Shown one piece after another: positions 39,061 to 51,011 of a stretch of DNA of 64,000 bases. Within the stretch, counting starts at the first letter, position 1. Each line of letters starts with the position of its first letter. Origin of the DNA: Paramoeba atlantica (lineage: Eukaryota; Protista; Discosea); contig CDRNVI010000152.1 of NCBI GenBank assembly GCA_977017575.1, positions 18,872-82,871 on the forward strand, written 5' to 3'. The translations under genes and the position numbers were made by a program. A model generated the notes under the pieces. It ran no database searches and was not told where the DNA came from. It saw only the letters and a list, made by a program, of their open reading frames with translations.

Positions 39061-41941
39061 AAAAATACAAAACACCACCATCCAACAAAATAAACAACAA
39101 ATACAACAACCAACAAAACTTAAAAGAAGGAAAATAGAAAACTCAAATGGTGATGATTTTCATTCATCACACAAACAATTAAACAAACAAAGCTCTCTTT
39201 CTTTACAATCAACTCAACAACAACAAACAAACAACAATTAATAACAAAAAAACAACAATTAATAACAAAAAAACAACAATTAATAACAAAAAAACCACAA
39301 TTAATAACAAAAAAAATAACAAGCAAAACAACAACAACAGCAACAAAACTGGAATAGAACAAATAAAATAAAATAACAGCACCTCCAACAATAACTGAAC
39401 AAACACTGAACCACCCAAACAACCAGGTGTTCAAACCAACAAAGCAATTCACAAAACAAAATAAACAAAACAATAAACAAATTAAACAAAAAAGAAAAGA
39501 GAAAAACAGAACCTGATGGCTTTTATGGTGTGTGGGTGCAGTAACAAAGGTGGTTACCATCAAAAAACAACCAAACAACAAACAAAAACAACCAAACAAA
39601 AAACAACCAAACAACCAAACAACAAAATACCAATTACAAATCACACAATAACACAAAAAACAACAAATAAAAAACAACCAAACAAACAACAATCAGAAGA
39701 ACTTAAACAGTAACAGAATGACAATAACAACCAACAACCAATAAGATATCAATAACAGCCAACAGCCAACAGCCAACAACCAACAACCAACAACCAACAA
39801 CCAACAACCAACAACCAATAATAATAAATAATAATTTAAACAGCAACATAAAAATAAAAACAAGCAATGATGCAAAACAAATAAATAACAACACAACAAT
39901 ATTAACCCCAACCAAATAAACATCAATAACCAAAATCAACAAATCAACAAAATAAAAAAAAAAATAAAAAAAAAACAAGAAAAGAGAAAAATGAAACCTG
40001 ATGTTTCGATGGTGTGGGTGCGAAAGTAAACGAGTGTTTTATTCTTTGCTGATAACACACAGAGCATTCTCCTTCTGTAACAAAGGTGGTTACCAACAAA
40101 TACTAATTGCAAATAATAATACAATAACACAACAACAACAAACATGCAAACAAACAACAACACAAACAGCAATAATCAGAAAAAAACTTAAACAGTAATG
40201 GGATGACAATAACAACAACCATCAAGAAAATAACAACAACAACCAAACAATAACAACAGCAACCAATCAACCGATCAACCACAAAACAAATATCAACAAC
40301 CAAAAACAAAAAAGGGAGAAAAGGGTGCCCAAAAAGAGGAGGAAGAAGGAAGGGCAAAAAAGAACAACAACAAAAAAATCGGTTGCCACAAACACCCTCC
40401 CTCCTCTTTGAAATAACAAGAGGGGAGTGTTACTTTTCTTATCTTCCTGAGGTTGTGGAGAGGTGGTTCCACACAAACAAATCAAAACAAAAATGGGAAA
40501 TTGCCAAACAGACCCAGGGATATGCCGCCATTGTCATGTCGAAACCCCCAACAACAACAAAAAAGAAAACACAATAAGGAAAAAAGATCAAACAAACAAA
40601 CAAACAAAAGCAAAAAAAAAAAGAAAGAGAAACAAAAAAGGATATATGGATATTTTCACACACCTCTCTCTCCTCAAAAAACAGAGATCCATTGTCTTTT
40701 GAATAAAAGACATCTCCTCCCCCAAGAGTTATACACTCTTTTTTTAGAGATCAAACAAAGGAAACAAAGGAAACAAAGGAAACAAAGGAAGAATAACAAG
40801 AAAAAAGGGAAAAAGAAGAAAAAAGAAAAACCAAAGAATATAAAACACAAGGCGACAAAAAAAAAGTGAAAATAAACAAAAAAAAAACCTTCACCAAAAC
40901 TGTTCTCATCTCAAGGATGGGGGGGGTCCCTCCCATGTACTCTCTCCCTCCCTCAGATCACTCTTTTGCAACATCATCATCATCATTGTCATCCATCCAT
41001 CACCACGCCAGTCCTTCAGTCCCCAACCCACCCTGACAAGATACTTCCAGGTGGGCTGACCATCAAAAAAAAAAATCAAAAATCTTCTCTTTTTTTTCTC
41101 TGTCAACAACGAACGAACAGAACACCTTCCTTCCCCTCTTTCTTTCTTTTCCCTCTCCTCTCTCTCTCTTCCTCTCCTCACAAAAAAACACAAAAAAGAG
41201 GGGAGCGGCTTTTGGAGATCTAAATAAAAAAGAGGAAGCGCTATTTTTTAAATTGGGTTCAAAACACCCAACATTTTTCTTTTTGACTTCCCAAAAAATT
41301 AAGAGTTCGTGGCTAAAAAAATTTCTTTTTTTTTTGCGTTTTGCTCTTTCCTCTCTTCTCTTCTCTCTTCTCTTTCTCTCTCTTCTCGTCTTCTCTTTCT
41401 CTCTCTCTCTTCTCTATCAGTGTCCCTTTCTTTTTTCTTTCTTTTTTTCTTTTTTTCTTTCTTTCTTTCTTTTCTCTTCAAGAAAATTTTTGATGATGAT
41501 GCTGAGAATGGAGAGTTGGTTGTTCTCTTCGAACCCTCTTTTACTTCCGCCCAGCCCCCCCCTGTTTTCTTTTTCTTTTCTTTACTTCTTTTTTTCTTTC
41601 TTTTTTCTTTCTTCTTCTTTTTTGTTTTTACCATCAAAAAATCGAGAAGTTTGTGGCTAAATTTTGTTTGGTTTGTTTGTTTTGTGTTCTCTTTCTCTTT
41701 CTTTTTTCTCCCTTTTCTCTCTCTTTTCTCTCCTTTTCTCTCTCTTTTTGATTTTCTTTTTCTTTTTTTCTTTCTTTTTTTTTCTCTCTTCTTGAAAGGA
41801 ATTTTGGTGGTGTCCTTCTCTTCCTTTCTCTTTTCATTCTTTGTCAGAGTTACTCTTTTCTTCTTTTCTTAAAAAGTAACACTCAGTGGGAGCGCAGGGG
41901 GGGGGAAACAAACAAAACTCCTTATTACTTGAGTGATTTGA

Positions 41942-41994
41942 TTCATACTCTCTGGGTTCTTTGAATTCTCAAATTAGAACCCAGAAAGAATGGA
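41942..41994 (+). repeat. ~50-bp hairpin element, copy 3
   Basis: TTCATACTCTCTGGGTTCT...AGAACCCAGAAAGAATGGA. Confidence 0.75.
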
Positions 41995-42362
41995 GTCTCA
42001 AAAACACAAACACCCACGAGGGGAGTTAGACCAGTTTTTTCAAAAAAAAAAAGAAGAATTATAAAAGAAGATTAAAAAGATTGCTGGTTGATTTGGGTTT
42101 TTTACCTTGCCTTTTTGTGCAGTCTTTTTTTTCTTTCTTGTCTTTTGTTTAGTGTGTGTGCAAACTTGCTGAGGGATACACTAAGAGGGTGGATCTTGCC
42201 TTCCTTGTGTGTGTGGGATTGCTGCCACAAAGACTGCAACCAAGAAGGGTTGTTTTTCTTTGTGTGTTATTGCTGTTGGGGGTTTTCCATTGCTGTCAGT
42301 TTCCAACACTGAATCCTTCTCTGAATCCTTCTCCAAAGCTGTTTTATATTGGGTATCAAATA

Positions 42363-42413
42363 TCCATCCTCTCTGGGTTCCAAATTTTCAAATTAGCATC
42401 CAGAGAGTATGAA
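42363..42413 (+). repeat. ~50-bp hairpin element, copy 4
   Basis: TCCATCCTCTCTGGGTTCCAAATTTTCAAATTAGCATCCAGAGAGTATGAA. Confidence 0.8.
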
Positions 42414-43578
42414 AAACCCCAAAACAAAAACAAGGCCCTCTGATTGATAGGGAACAGTGCATTAGCCTTCTGAGCTGATAGTTCTTCACCCCCAGGTGCT
42501 TTTTTTTTTTTTCTCTCTGTTTCTCTGCTTTTTTTTTTGTTTTGAAAAAAGAAAAAGGAAGAAAAAAGGAAGGAAAAAGGGAAAGGAAAAAAAAAGGGAA
42601 AAAAGAAAGAAAAGGAAAGGAAAGAAAAAAAAAACAATAATAAAAAAAAGAGATGCTCCAAAAAAAAAAAAAGAAAAGAAAAAAAAAACAAGACAAACGA
42701 AAACAAAAAAAAAGAGAGAGACACAGGAAAAGAGAAAAAAAGAAAAAAAAAGGAGAAAAAAAGAGTCAGGAAAAAATACCTCACCACACACACTACAAAA
42801 GCATCCCTCAAGATGAAGAAGAACAACAAACACAAAAAAAAAGTGAAAAAAATAAAAAACCTTCAACAAAAAACACAAAACACCCCCCCCCCCCAAAAAA
42901 AAAAAAACAAAACACCCACCTCTCTGCTCTCCCTCCACTCTTGTCCTCCTCCCTCTCTTCTGTGGATCTGGTTTCATCATCCACTCCACTCGATGCCAAT
43001 CACGATGTCATGTGGTTGAGTTGATGCCCAAAAACACACACACAAAACGTCTCATCTCGTGGGTGCTTCTGGGTGACTTGTCAAAAAAAATAGTTTTTCT
43101 TTCTCTTTTTTTTTTTGTCAACAAACATCAACAAACTTCTCTTTCCTCTTTTTCAATCTTTTTCTCTTTCTCTCTTCTCTCTTGTCCTCGTTTCTCTTTT
43201 TTTTTTCAAAGGAATTTTGGTGATGCCAAAAGAAAAACAAAAAACAAAACAAAAAGATAAAATAAAAAAAAAGGAAACAAAAACAAAAAAGGAACAAAAA
43301 ACAGAAAAAAGAAGAAAAAAGAAACAAAAGAAAAACCTTCTTTTTTTTTTGAAGAAAAAGGTTCAAAAATGGAAAACACAGATGCACGTGAATCCTCATT
43401 GGGAGATAAGACACCAAAAAGAATGTTTTTCTCTTTCTTCTCCTTCTTGCTTCTCCTCTTTTGTGTGTTGTTTTTGTTCACTCTTCTCCTCTTTCTCTCT
43501 CTCTCTCTCTTTTTCTTCCACACTCCACAAAAAATAACCAACAAAAAAAACAGGAATTGTGTTTTTTTGGAACGCTAA

Positions 43579-44205
<627 letters not shown>

Positions 44206-44454
44206 AAGAAATAAAAGATATCTATTTATTTAACAACTTATTTATTGAATCAGTTTTTTTTTTGAGAATTGCTGAGAGAAGGAGAGAGGAGAAAGGACAG
44301 GGAGAACACAGGGAGGGAGAACAGAGAGGGAGGTGAGGAGTGAGGTGAGGAGTTGTTTTGGGTTTTGAATCTTCTTTGGAGAAAAAAAAAAAAAAAGGGG
44401 ATGATCCAAAATTTATCATTTTTGTTAAAAAGGAGAAAAAAAAGAAAAGAAAAT

Positions 44455-44573
44455 GTCTTCGGTCATACCCAGTTGAAAGCACCCGATCCCATCAGAACTC
44501 GGAAGTTAAGCAGCTGTGGGCTCGGTTAGTAGAATGGTGGGTGACCACATTCGAATCCCGAGTGCTGAAGACC
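44455..44573 (+). rRNA. 5S: 5S rRNA
   Basis: GTCTTCGGTCATACC...CCCGATCCCATCAGAACTCGGAAGTTAAGC...GCTGAAGACC, 119 nt, followed by a pyrimidine/T tract. Confidence 0.96.
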
Positions 44574-44889
44574 TTCTCTTTTTTTCTTTCTTTTTTTTTC
44601 TTTTCTTTTTTCTTTTTTTCTTTTCTCAATTTTCTTCCCCACCAACCTTCTTTTTCTCTGTCTTGATGGTTCCTCGATCTTTTTTTTTTCTTTTTTCTTC
44701 TTTTTTTCTTTCCTTTTTTTTTTTTTTTCATTTTCTTGCTCCTCCATAATTAAAGCTCTATTTCCCCCCCCCCCCCCCCCTTCCTCCCTCATTCTCCTTT
44801 TCTCAAAAATTTGTTTTTTTTTCCTTCCCCACAGGGTTCATTTTGTTTTTCATCCCTTTTGTGATTGGGTATATTTTTGTGATCATATA

Positions 44890-44939
44890 TTCATACTCTC
44901 TGGGTCCGAATTTTCAAATTAGCATCCAGAGAGTATGAA
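44890..44939 (+). repeat. ~50-bp hairpin element, copy 5
   Basis: TTCATACTCTCTGGGT-CCGAATTTTCAAATTAGC-ATCCAGAGAGTATGAA. Confidence 0.85.
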
Positions 44940-45114
44940 ACAAATCCAAAAGAAAAAACAAAAAAAAAACCATTATCTCTCTTTTTTCCAGATGAAATCT
45001 TCCCAATCCCCATTGGAACAAAAGAATCACAACCAACAAACCTCCCTCCTCTTGAGACTCCGAGAGAAGAGAGAGAGAAGGACACAAAAAAAATGGAAAA
45101 TATTTTTCAGAAAT

Positions 45115-45187
45115 GCACTAGTGGCGCAATTGGTAGCGCATCGGCCTTCTGAGCTGGTGGTTGTGGGTTCGAGTCCCTCCTGGTGCT
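45115..45187 (+). tRNA. trnR-UCU: tRNA-Arg(UCU)
   Basis: Identical to 19001-19073. Confidence 0.9.
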
Positions 45188-46696
45188 TTTTTTTTCTTTC
45201 TTTCTCTCACCCTTTCTCTTTTTTCTTTCTCTCACCTTTTTCTCTTTTTTTTCTTCACTTTTCTCTCTTTTTTCTTTCTCTACTCTCTTTTTTTTCTTTC
45301 TTTCACTCTTTCTCTCTTTTTTTCTCTCCCTCTCTCTTTTTTTATCTTCTTCTTCTTTTCCTTCCAAATTCCCTTTTCTTTTCTCTCTCTTTTGTTTTTC
45401 AAAGAGAAAAAGGAAAAAAAAGGAAAAAGGAAAAAGGAAAAAAAAAAGAAAAAAAAGAAGGAAAAAAAAAAGAAAAAAAGGGAAAAAATAAGAAAAAAAA
45501 GGAAAGAAGGAAAAAATGAAAAAAATGAAAAAAATAAAAAAAAATGAAAAAAAAAAGACCTCTTGGTTTGAGCTGGCGCAGATCACCACAACCCCAAGAT
45601 CACACAACACACCCACCGAGACGGATCCCCTGAAAAGAAAGGTGCCACAACCTGAGACAGGGAACAACAGCATGAATTGTTTTGGAAAAAGGAGAATGAG
45701 AGAAAAAAAAGGAGGGGACAACTTGAGAAGAGAAAAGAGTGGGGAAAGGGGGAAAAAAAGGGAGAAACAAGAAAGAGAGAGAAACGAAAAAAAAAAAAAC
45801 CAAAAAGCAGTTTATTGAGTTTACAAAAAGCATCTTCCACGGTTTTCGATGTCCTGAAAAATTAAGGGATCTAAATCAGCGGTTCAACCGCTTTTTTTGT
45901 TTCTTTTTTTTGGTGAGCAGCACAGGTGACAGAAGAGAGAGAAGAGAGAAAGAAGAAAGAGAAGAAAGAGAGAGAGAGAGAGGAAAGGGAGGGAAGAGAA
46001 GAAAGAGAAGAAAGAGAAGAAAGAGAGGAAGAGAGGAAAGAGAAGAGAAAGAGAGGAAACTTTCTTGGAGAAAGGAACTTTGTGTTTGAATCTCTTTTTC
46101 CTTTGGTTTCTTTTTTTTTTACCCTTTTTCCTTCTTTTTTTTTCTTTTTTTCCCCCTGTTTTCCTTTTTTTTCTTTTCTTGTTTCTCTCCTTTTTTTTCT
46201 TTTCTGCTCTTTGATTTCTTTTTATTGCTGTTTTCGCCAAAAGTTGAATTTAGTTGGTAAACAACAATAAATTTCTTTTTAAAAGAAATTTTCTGTTTCT
46301 TAATCCTTTGTGCGGCGAGTGATGGGTTGAGAAAAAAATGTGAACAAGGCTGATGATTTTAGACAGCAGTGAGATTGAATAATACACAATGGTGTGATGT
46401 GGATCTACTAAGATTACTTTCTTGACTCAAAGTTTAGTGGAAAAAGGAGGTTGGTTGAGTTGAAGTTGTGGCAGTGGCTGCTCAACATAGAAGTCTTCCT
46501 CATCATTGGTTCATTGGCAACAGGATAACTGGGATGAGGAAGGCAATACTGCTTTGGGGGGGGGTTCTTGGAAGAAGGTCTTCATACAATTACTGGGTGG
46601 TCGAGATGCAACTGGGTAGTTGAGATCAAGAAGATCCTGAATATATGCTTAAGGAAATGATTCTCTTGGAGGTTTTTGTTCAATTTTTGGTCTGAA

Positions 46697-46841
46697 TGAA
46701 GAGACAAATGCCAAACAACAATATCTTATTAGGATATTTTGTGTTCGTTTCCGTTCGGTTCCTTGTTTGCACGTTTCTGGTTTGACCAAGAGAATCGAAA
46801 GAGTTTTGTTTTCGAAGCTGCAAAGGATTTCCGTATTTACA
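46697..46841 (-). repeat. Putative 3' LTR (~145 bp)
   Basis: TG start directly after the PPT; CA end near the point where similarity to the paralogous locus (~20640) resumes. Far end uncertain. Confidence 0.55.
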
Positions 46842-47087
46842 CCTCTCCCCCCTTTTTGAAAAATCAAGTGTCCTCACTTGGCAAACTCTTCTTGAATTGT
46901 TTGTTCGAGTCTGACTGTCAAGGATAGCAAAATAGCAAAATAGCAAAGATAGCAAGGGAAAAACCACACGAGTGGAAAGCCCTTGGTTCGAGGGAAAACC
47001 AGGACAAACACGGCGCAAAAAACCCTCAGGCGTGAAAGTAGAAAAAAAAATTCGATCTCCTTTCGCAGTTCCGGAAGATTAGTCTCT

Positions 47088-47525
47088 TTATCCCTTCATT
47101 TCGAGGTAATTTTCTAATTCATTCCCATGTGAATCTTTCACATCTTCTTCGTACATCCAACGTTTTTGAATTCTTCCTCTGCCAGTAGGGCCAACAACAA
47201 GATATTGATTATATCCATTGTATATTCTTTCTTGGATAATTTGGGTGTCAAATCCCTTATTTTCTTGTCCAAGGTTTGAATTTGTGGATTGTGTTAATTT
47301 TCGTCTTTTTCTGAATTCTCTCAGGAGAATGGGTCTCGCGGAGGATTTTATGAATTTCTCTCCTTGCATTCTCTTTTTCTAAGAGGTAATCTTTCAGAAG
47401 TTCAGAGTCTTTTAATTGTTCATGTAAAAACCATTCATATCTTATTTTTCCTGCTGCAGTGGTGATCTGAACACGATATTTTTTCGGTTCTCCAGAATCA
47501 TTCTCACTCAGGATTTTGTATTGAA
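47088..47525 (-). pseudogene. Tandem chromodomain-like repeats
   Basis: YKILSE...KKYRVQITTAAGKIRYEWFLHEQL...LLKDYL and TQIIQER...QYLVVGPTGRGRIQKRWMYEEDV...LENYL resemble each other and the chromo pattern. Confidence 0.55.
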
Positions 47526-48313
47526 GACTTCAGACGTCCTTTCCCAGGTTCCAACTGGAGGGTCTCTTCTGATTGTTCCATGGGCTCTAAAGTTATCCAT
47601 TCAACTGTTTTCAATTCACCAATTTCCCCACAGGTTCTGGAAGAACCGCGGAAATTTGAGAATTGTCTTTATTTTTCTGCAAAAAGGGAAAGTCAATGTT
47701 TGCCCATGCAACAATTTTCGGAATTCGATTTTTCCTTTGTCAAAGTCAAGGACAGCTCCAATCTTTGAAAGAAATGGAGTTCCAAAAATAATGCTGGAAG
47801 AGAGCTCATTTAAGACTGTGAACCCAGTGTCTCCTCCTTTCCCCAGCAGCAATGTTGATTTCAAGGAGAACTTCCTCCCTTGCCATAGTGACCTTGCCGC
47901 CTTGATATGGTCTTCTCATTCTTGGTACAATGTTTTTAATGGGCTTTTCAGACACCACATCAATTCCAGCACCAGAATCATGTATGCATTTTTGATCAAC
48001 AGTAAAAGGGGTGTATGGTTAACAAATTGTTATTTATTTGACTCAGTTTCGGAAATACTTCTCTCGTCAAGATCTTCTTGTCAAATATAACAAATTCTTT
48101 GTCAGTCAGATTAACCAAAGTGTGATTTGTATCCTGTTTCCAAGATCTCTTAGTATTTTTCAGATTTGTCAAATTGTAAAGAAGTCAAACCTTGCCAGTA
48201 TTTTTGTGCCCTCTTCAGGTGTTAGTGTTCCACCTTCCATTGCATCAAAAAGTTCGGAAGCTCTTTCAATTAGTTTCCAGAACTTCTTTTGAGGTTCTTT
48301 CCGTCTTTGGGAG

Positions 48314-49213
48314 TCAGTTTTCATGGGGGGGGGTTCTGGTCTCCCCGTGTAGCCATTTTTGATAATCCATTGTCTCAGGGTACTCCTTTTGGATTGCTTT
48401 GGAATATTGTTCCATTGCTCTCCTCCAGGGGGTCCTTACCGAAAATGGCATTTGACAATTGCGAACCCTTATGAATTTCGCAGTGTTCAACCAGAAACAC
48501 TGGCGACTTCCATGGTCTGTAAAGCCGCAAAGTGAACATCTCATCTTCCCTTGAGTCCTGAAAGAAGCTGCGGATTCAGACCGCAATCCCTCCATCAAGC
48601 GACAAAGTCGGAGAAGATGAGCTCCACCACAAATGAAACAAAAAGGTTCTTCCCTCTTTCTCTTTCGATCAGTTTGGTCCGCAATCTTTTGATACTCTGC
48701 CGTATCCTGAACTCCAATCTTTGCTAATCGAGGTTCTGGCGTCGAGCACTCCAAAGTGAACTTCAGATCGACAAGAAATCTCTTCACTGTATCCTCCCAA
48801 TCAAGTTTTCTTCCCAAATCCTTAAACTTCGCCTTGAATACAGACCCTTGTTCAAATTTCTCAGCAAATTCGTCAATAATATCTCTATCACGCGCATCCC
48901 TTCGAGAAATTTTGTTCTTCTTCAAATATAGATCGAGAAAATGGGTCGCGTACTGCTGGAACTTGCTCATTTTCGAATTAGGCATTCGAAAATTTTGGTA
49001 CCTGGACGAGTCTGTCATCTCCTCTTCAGTTTGTCCAAACATTTTCCGCAAAGCCTCAAGCAAAACAAGTGGATCTTGGGACTCGCTCACCATCTTCCAG
49101 CTAATTGAGTTAGGCAGTTTGATAAATAACTTCAGATCCCTCCCAAGAGGTGCCACATTTGGCGAGACTTTTGAGTTCAGCTTCTCTCTCGCCACATAAC
49201 AAAAATCGTTCAC
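48314..49213 (-). CDS. gag-like ORF with two CCHC-type knuckles
   Basis: 299-aa open frame, CpG-rich. Confidence 0.75.
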   Translation of the reverse strand: MNDFCYVAREKLNSKVSPNVAPLGRDLKLFIKLPNSISWKMVSESQDPLVLLEALRKMFGQTEEEMTDSSRYQNFRMPNSKMSKFQQYATHFLDLYLKKNKISRRDARDRDIIDEFAEKFEQGSVFKAKFKDLGRKLDWEDTVKRFLVDLKFTLECSTPEPRLAKIGVQDTAEYQKIADQTDRKRKREEPFCFICGGAHLLRLCRLMEGLRSESAASFRTQGKMRCSLCGFTDHGSRQCFWLNTAKFIRVRNCQMPFSVRTPWRRAMEQYSKAIQKEYPETMDYQKWLHGETRTPPHEN

Positions 49214-49649
49214 TTCAGTGGGGTCCGAAAAATTCGTTTCTTTTACCAGTTCTCTCAGATTATCTCTTTGAGCCTTTGTATACGTTCCAGAGTCTTGAGA
49301 TGGGTAAGGGTCGATCCATCAACATCGAGCTGAGTTGAGAGATTTGTCTTCTCATGCCACTCAAGTCCTTGTTCATCAGCTGTCTCTCTTCTCAGAGTTG
49401 AAGAAAACTGTTCTGGAGGTCTTCATAAGAGGGCGCCTCGTCTTTCCCATTTCCACGAACAGGTGAAAGGCCATCAAGTAGATATCGGTGAGATTCATCT
49501 CTCATCACAAACCGAGATGAAGTTGAAGAACCTGAAGAACCCGAAGAACTTGAAAAGGAGTTGAAAAACTTGAAGGAGTTGAAGAACTGGAAAGGAGCTG
49601 AGGAACTTGAGAGAATTGAAGAACTTGAAGGAGTTGCAGAACTCGCAGG

Positions 49650-50123
49650 AGTCAATTGTCTCAAGCTGATATTGATTGAATGGTGAAGGATGCTGAACAG
49701 TTTAAGGATGAAGATGAGGAAGCTCGTAAGAAGGTTGAAGCGAAGAATGGACTTGAGAACTATGCTTACTCTTTGTTGCTGAGTTTGAACACAGGAGGAA
49801 GGAATTGGAAGAGAAGGTGATGCCAATCTTCTCCAAGATCTACCAAGGAGCTGGTGGTGAGGGTGGTGTGCCTGGTGGTATGCCTGGTGGTATGCCTGGG
49901 GGTAAGCCCGGTGGTATGCCTGGGGGTAAGCCCAGTGGTATGCCCGGTGGTATGCCAGGAGGAGGTATGCCTGGTGGATTCCCTGGTGGTGCTGGGGGAT
50001 TCCCTGGTGGAGCTGGTGGATTCCCTGGTGGTGATTCCTGGTTCTGGAGGTTTCTCTGGTTCTGGTGGAAATGCAGGAGGATCTGGTTCTTCTGCTGAAC
50101 CCAAGATCGAGGAAGTTGATTAA
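49650..50123 (+). pseudogene. HSP70: Cytosolic HSP70 3' fragment
   Basis: [39 protein letters not shown], internal deletion, [20 protein letters not shown] repeats, frameshift, PKIEEVD. Confidence 0.92.
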
Positions 50124-50799
50124 AATTTTGTTGAATACTTTCTCTTTCCTTTTGTATAAAATAAATAAATTATTGGTTGAAAAGTATTTATTATTATTAT
50201 TAAAATAATTTTTTTTTTCTCTCTCTTTTGGAACTCTCGCAACAATCTCAACAAAAGGAGAGGAGATCTCTCACACACACAAACAATCCAATCCCTTTGC
50301 CCCCGTCAAGTTAGCAAAAGAACATCACACAGTTTCATTAACCCACCAGACAGAATCCCCACCTCGACTACCATTTTTTTCTCTTGTCAACTTCATCCTC
50401 TCTTTTCTCTTTGCTTTTTGTTGTTTTTTCTCTCCTCTGGGACCATCTCCTGAAAAATAGGGAAATCAAATCAATCTGGTGATCTCTTTTTGTTAAAAAC
50501 GCCTCCTCTTTTTGAATTTCCCCCCACCACACTCTCGCTGCTGCATACATGCTTGAAAATCCCCAAAGAGGCTGCAATATTTGTTTTGTACACAAATATT
50601 GTAGTCTTTTTGGCTTCAATAAAAAGATTAAAGGTACATGTTACACACACTCTACTCCTCAGGAAGAGGGGGGGAAAAGTAAGAGAGGAGGAAAAAAAAA
50701 AAAGAAAAAAGAAAAAACAAATAAAAAAATAAACAAATAAAAGAAAAACAAGAAAAAATAAATAAAAACAAAACAAAAAAACAAAAGGAAAAATAAAAA

Positions 50800-50979
50800 A
50801 AAAGAAAGAAAAAGAAGAAAAAAGGAAAAGGAAAAACAAAATAAAGGGGAAAAAGAGAGGGAAAGAGAAAAGAAAGGGTCAAAAGAAAAAAAAAGAAAGA
50901 AAAGGGAAAGGAAAGGGGAAAGGAAAAAAAAGAGAAAAAGAAAACAAAAAAACAAATAAAAACAAAAGAAAAAAAAAGA

Positions 50980-51011
<32 letters not shown>

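Larger units (their letters stand above)
46697..49650 (-). mobile_element. 5'-truncated Gypsy-like LTR element: gag (2 zinc knuckles), protease, two chromo-like domains; no RT, RH or IN
   Basis: CFICGGAHLLRLC and CSLCGFTDHGSRQC; IHDSGAG...IIFGTPFL...VLDF; PPT AAAAAGGGGGGAGAGG (46842-46857) followed by TGTAAATAC. Confidence 0.75.

Noticed and set aside
39200-39320. 21-bp repeats as a CRISPR-like array
   Set aside because: Adjacent tandem units without unique spacers, eukaryotic context, no cas genes.
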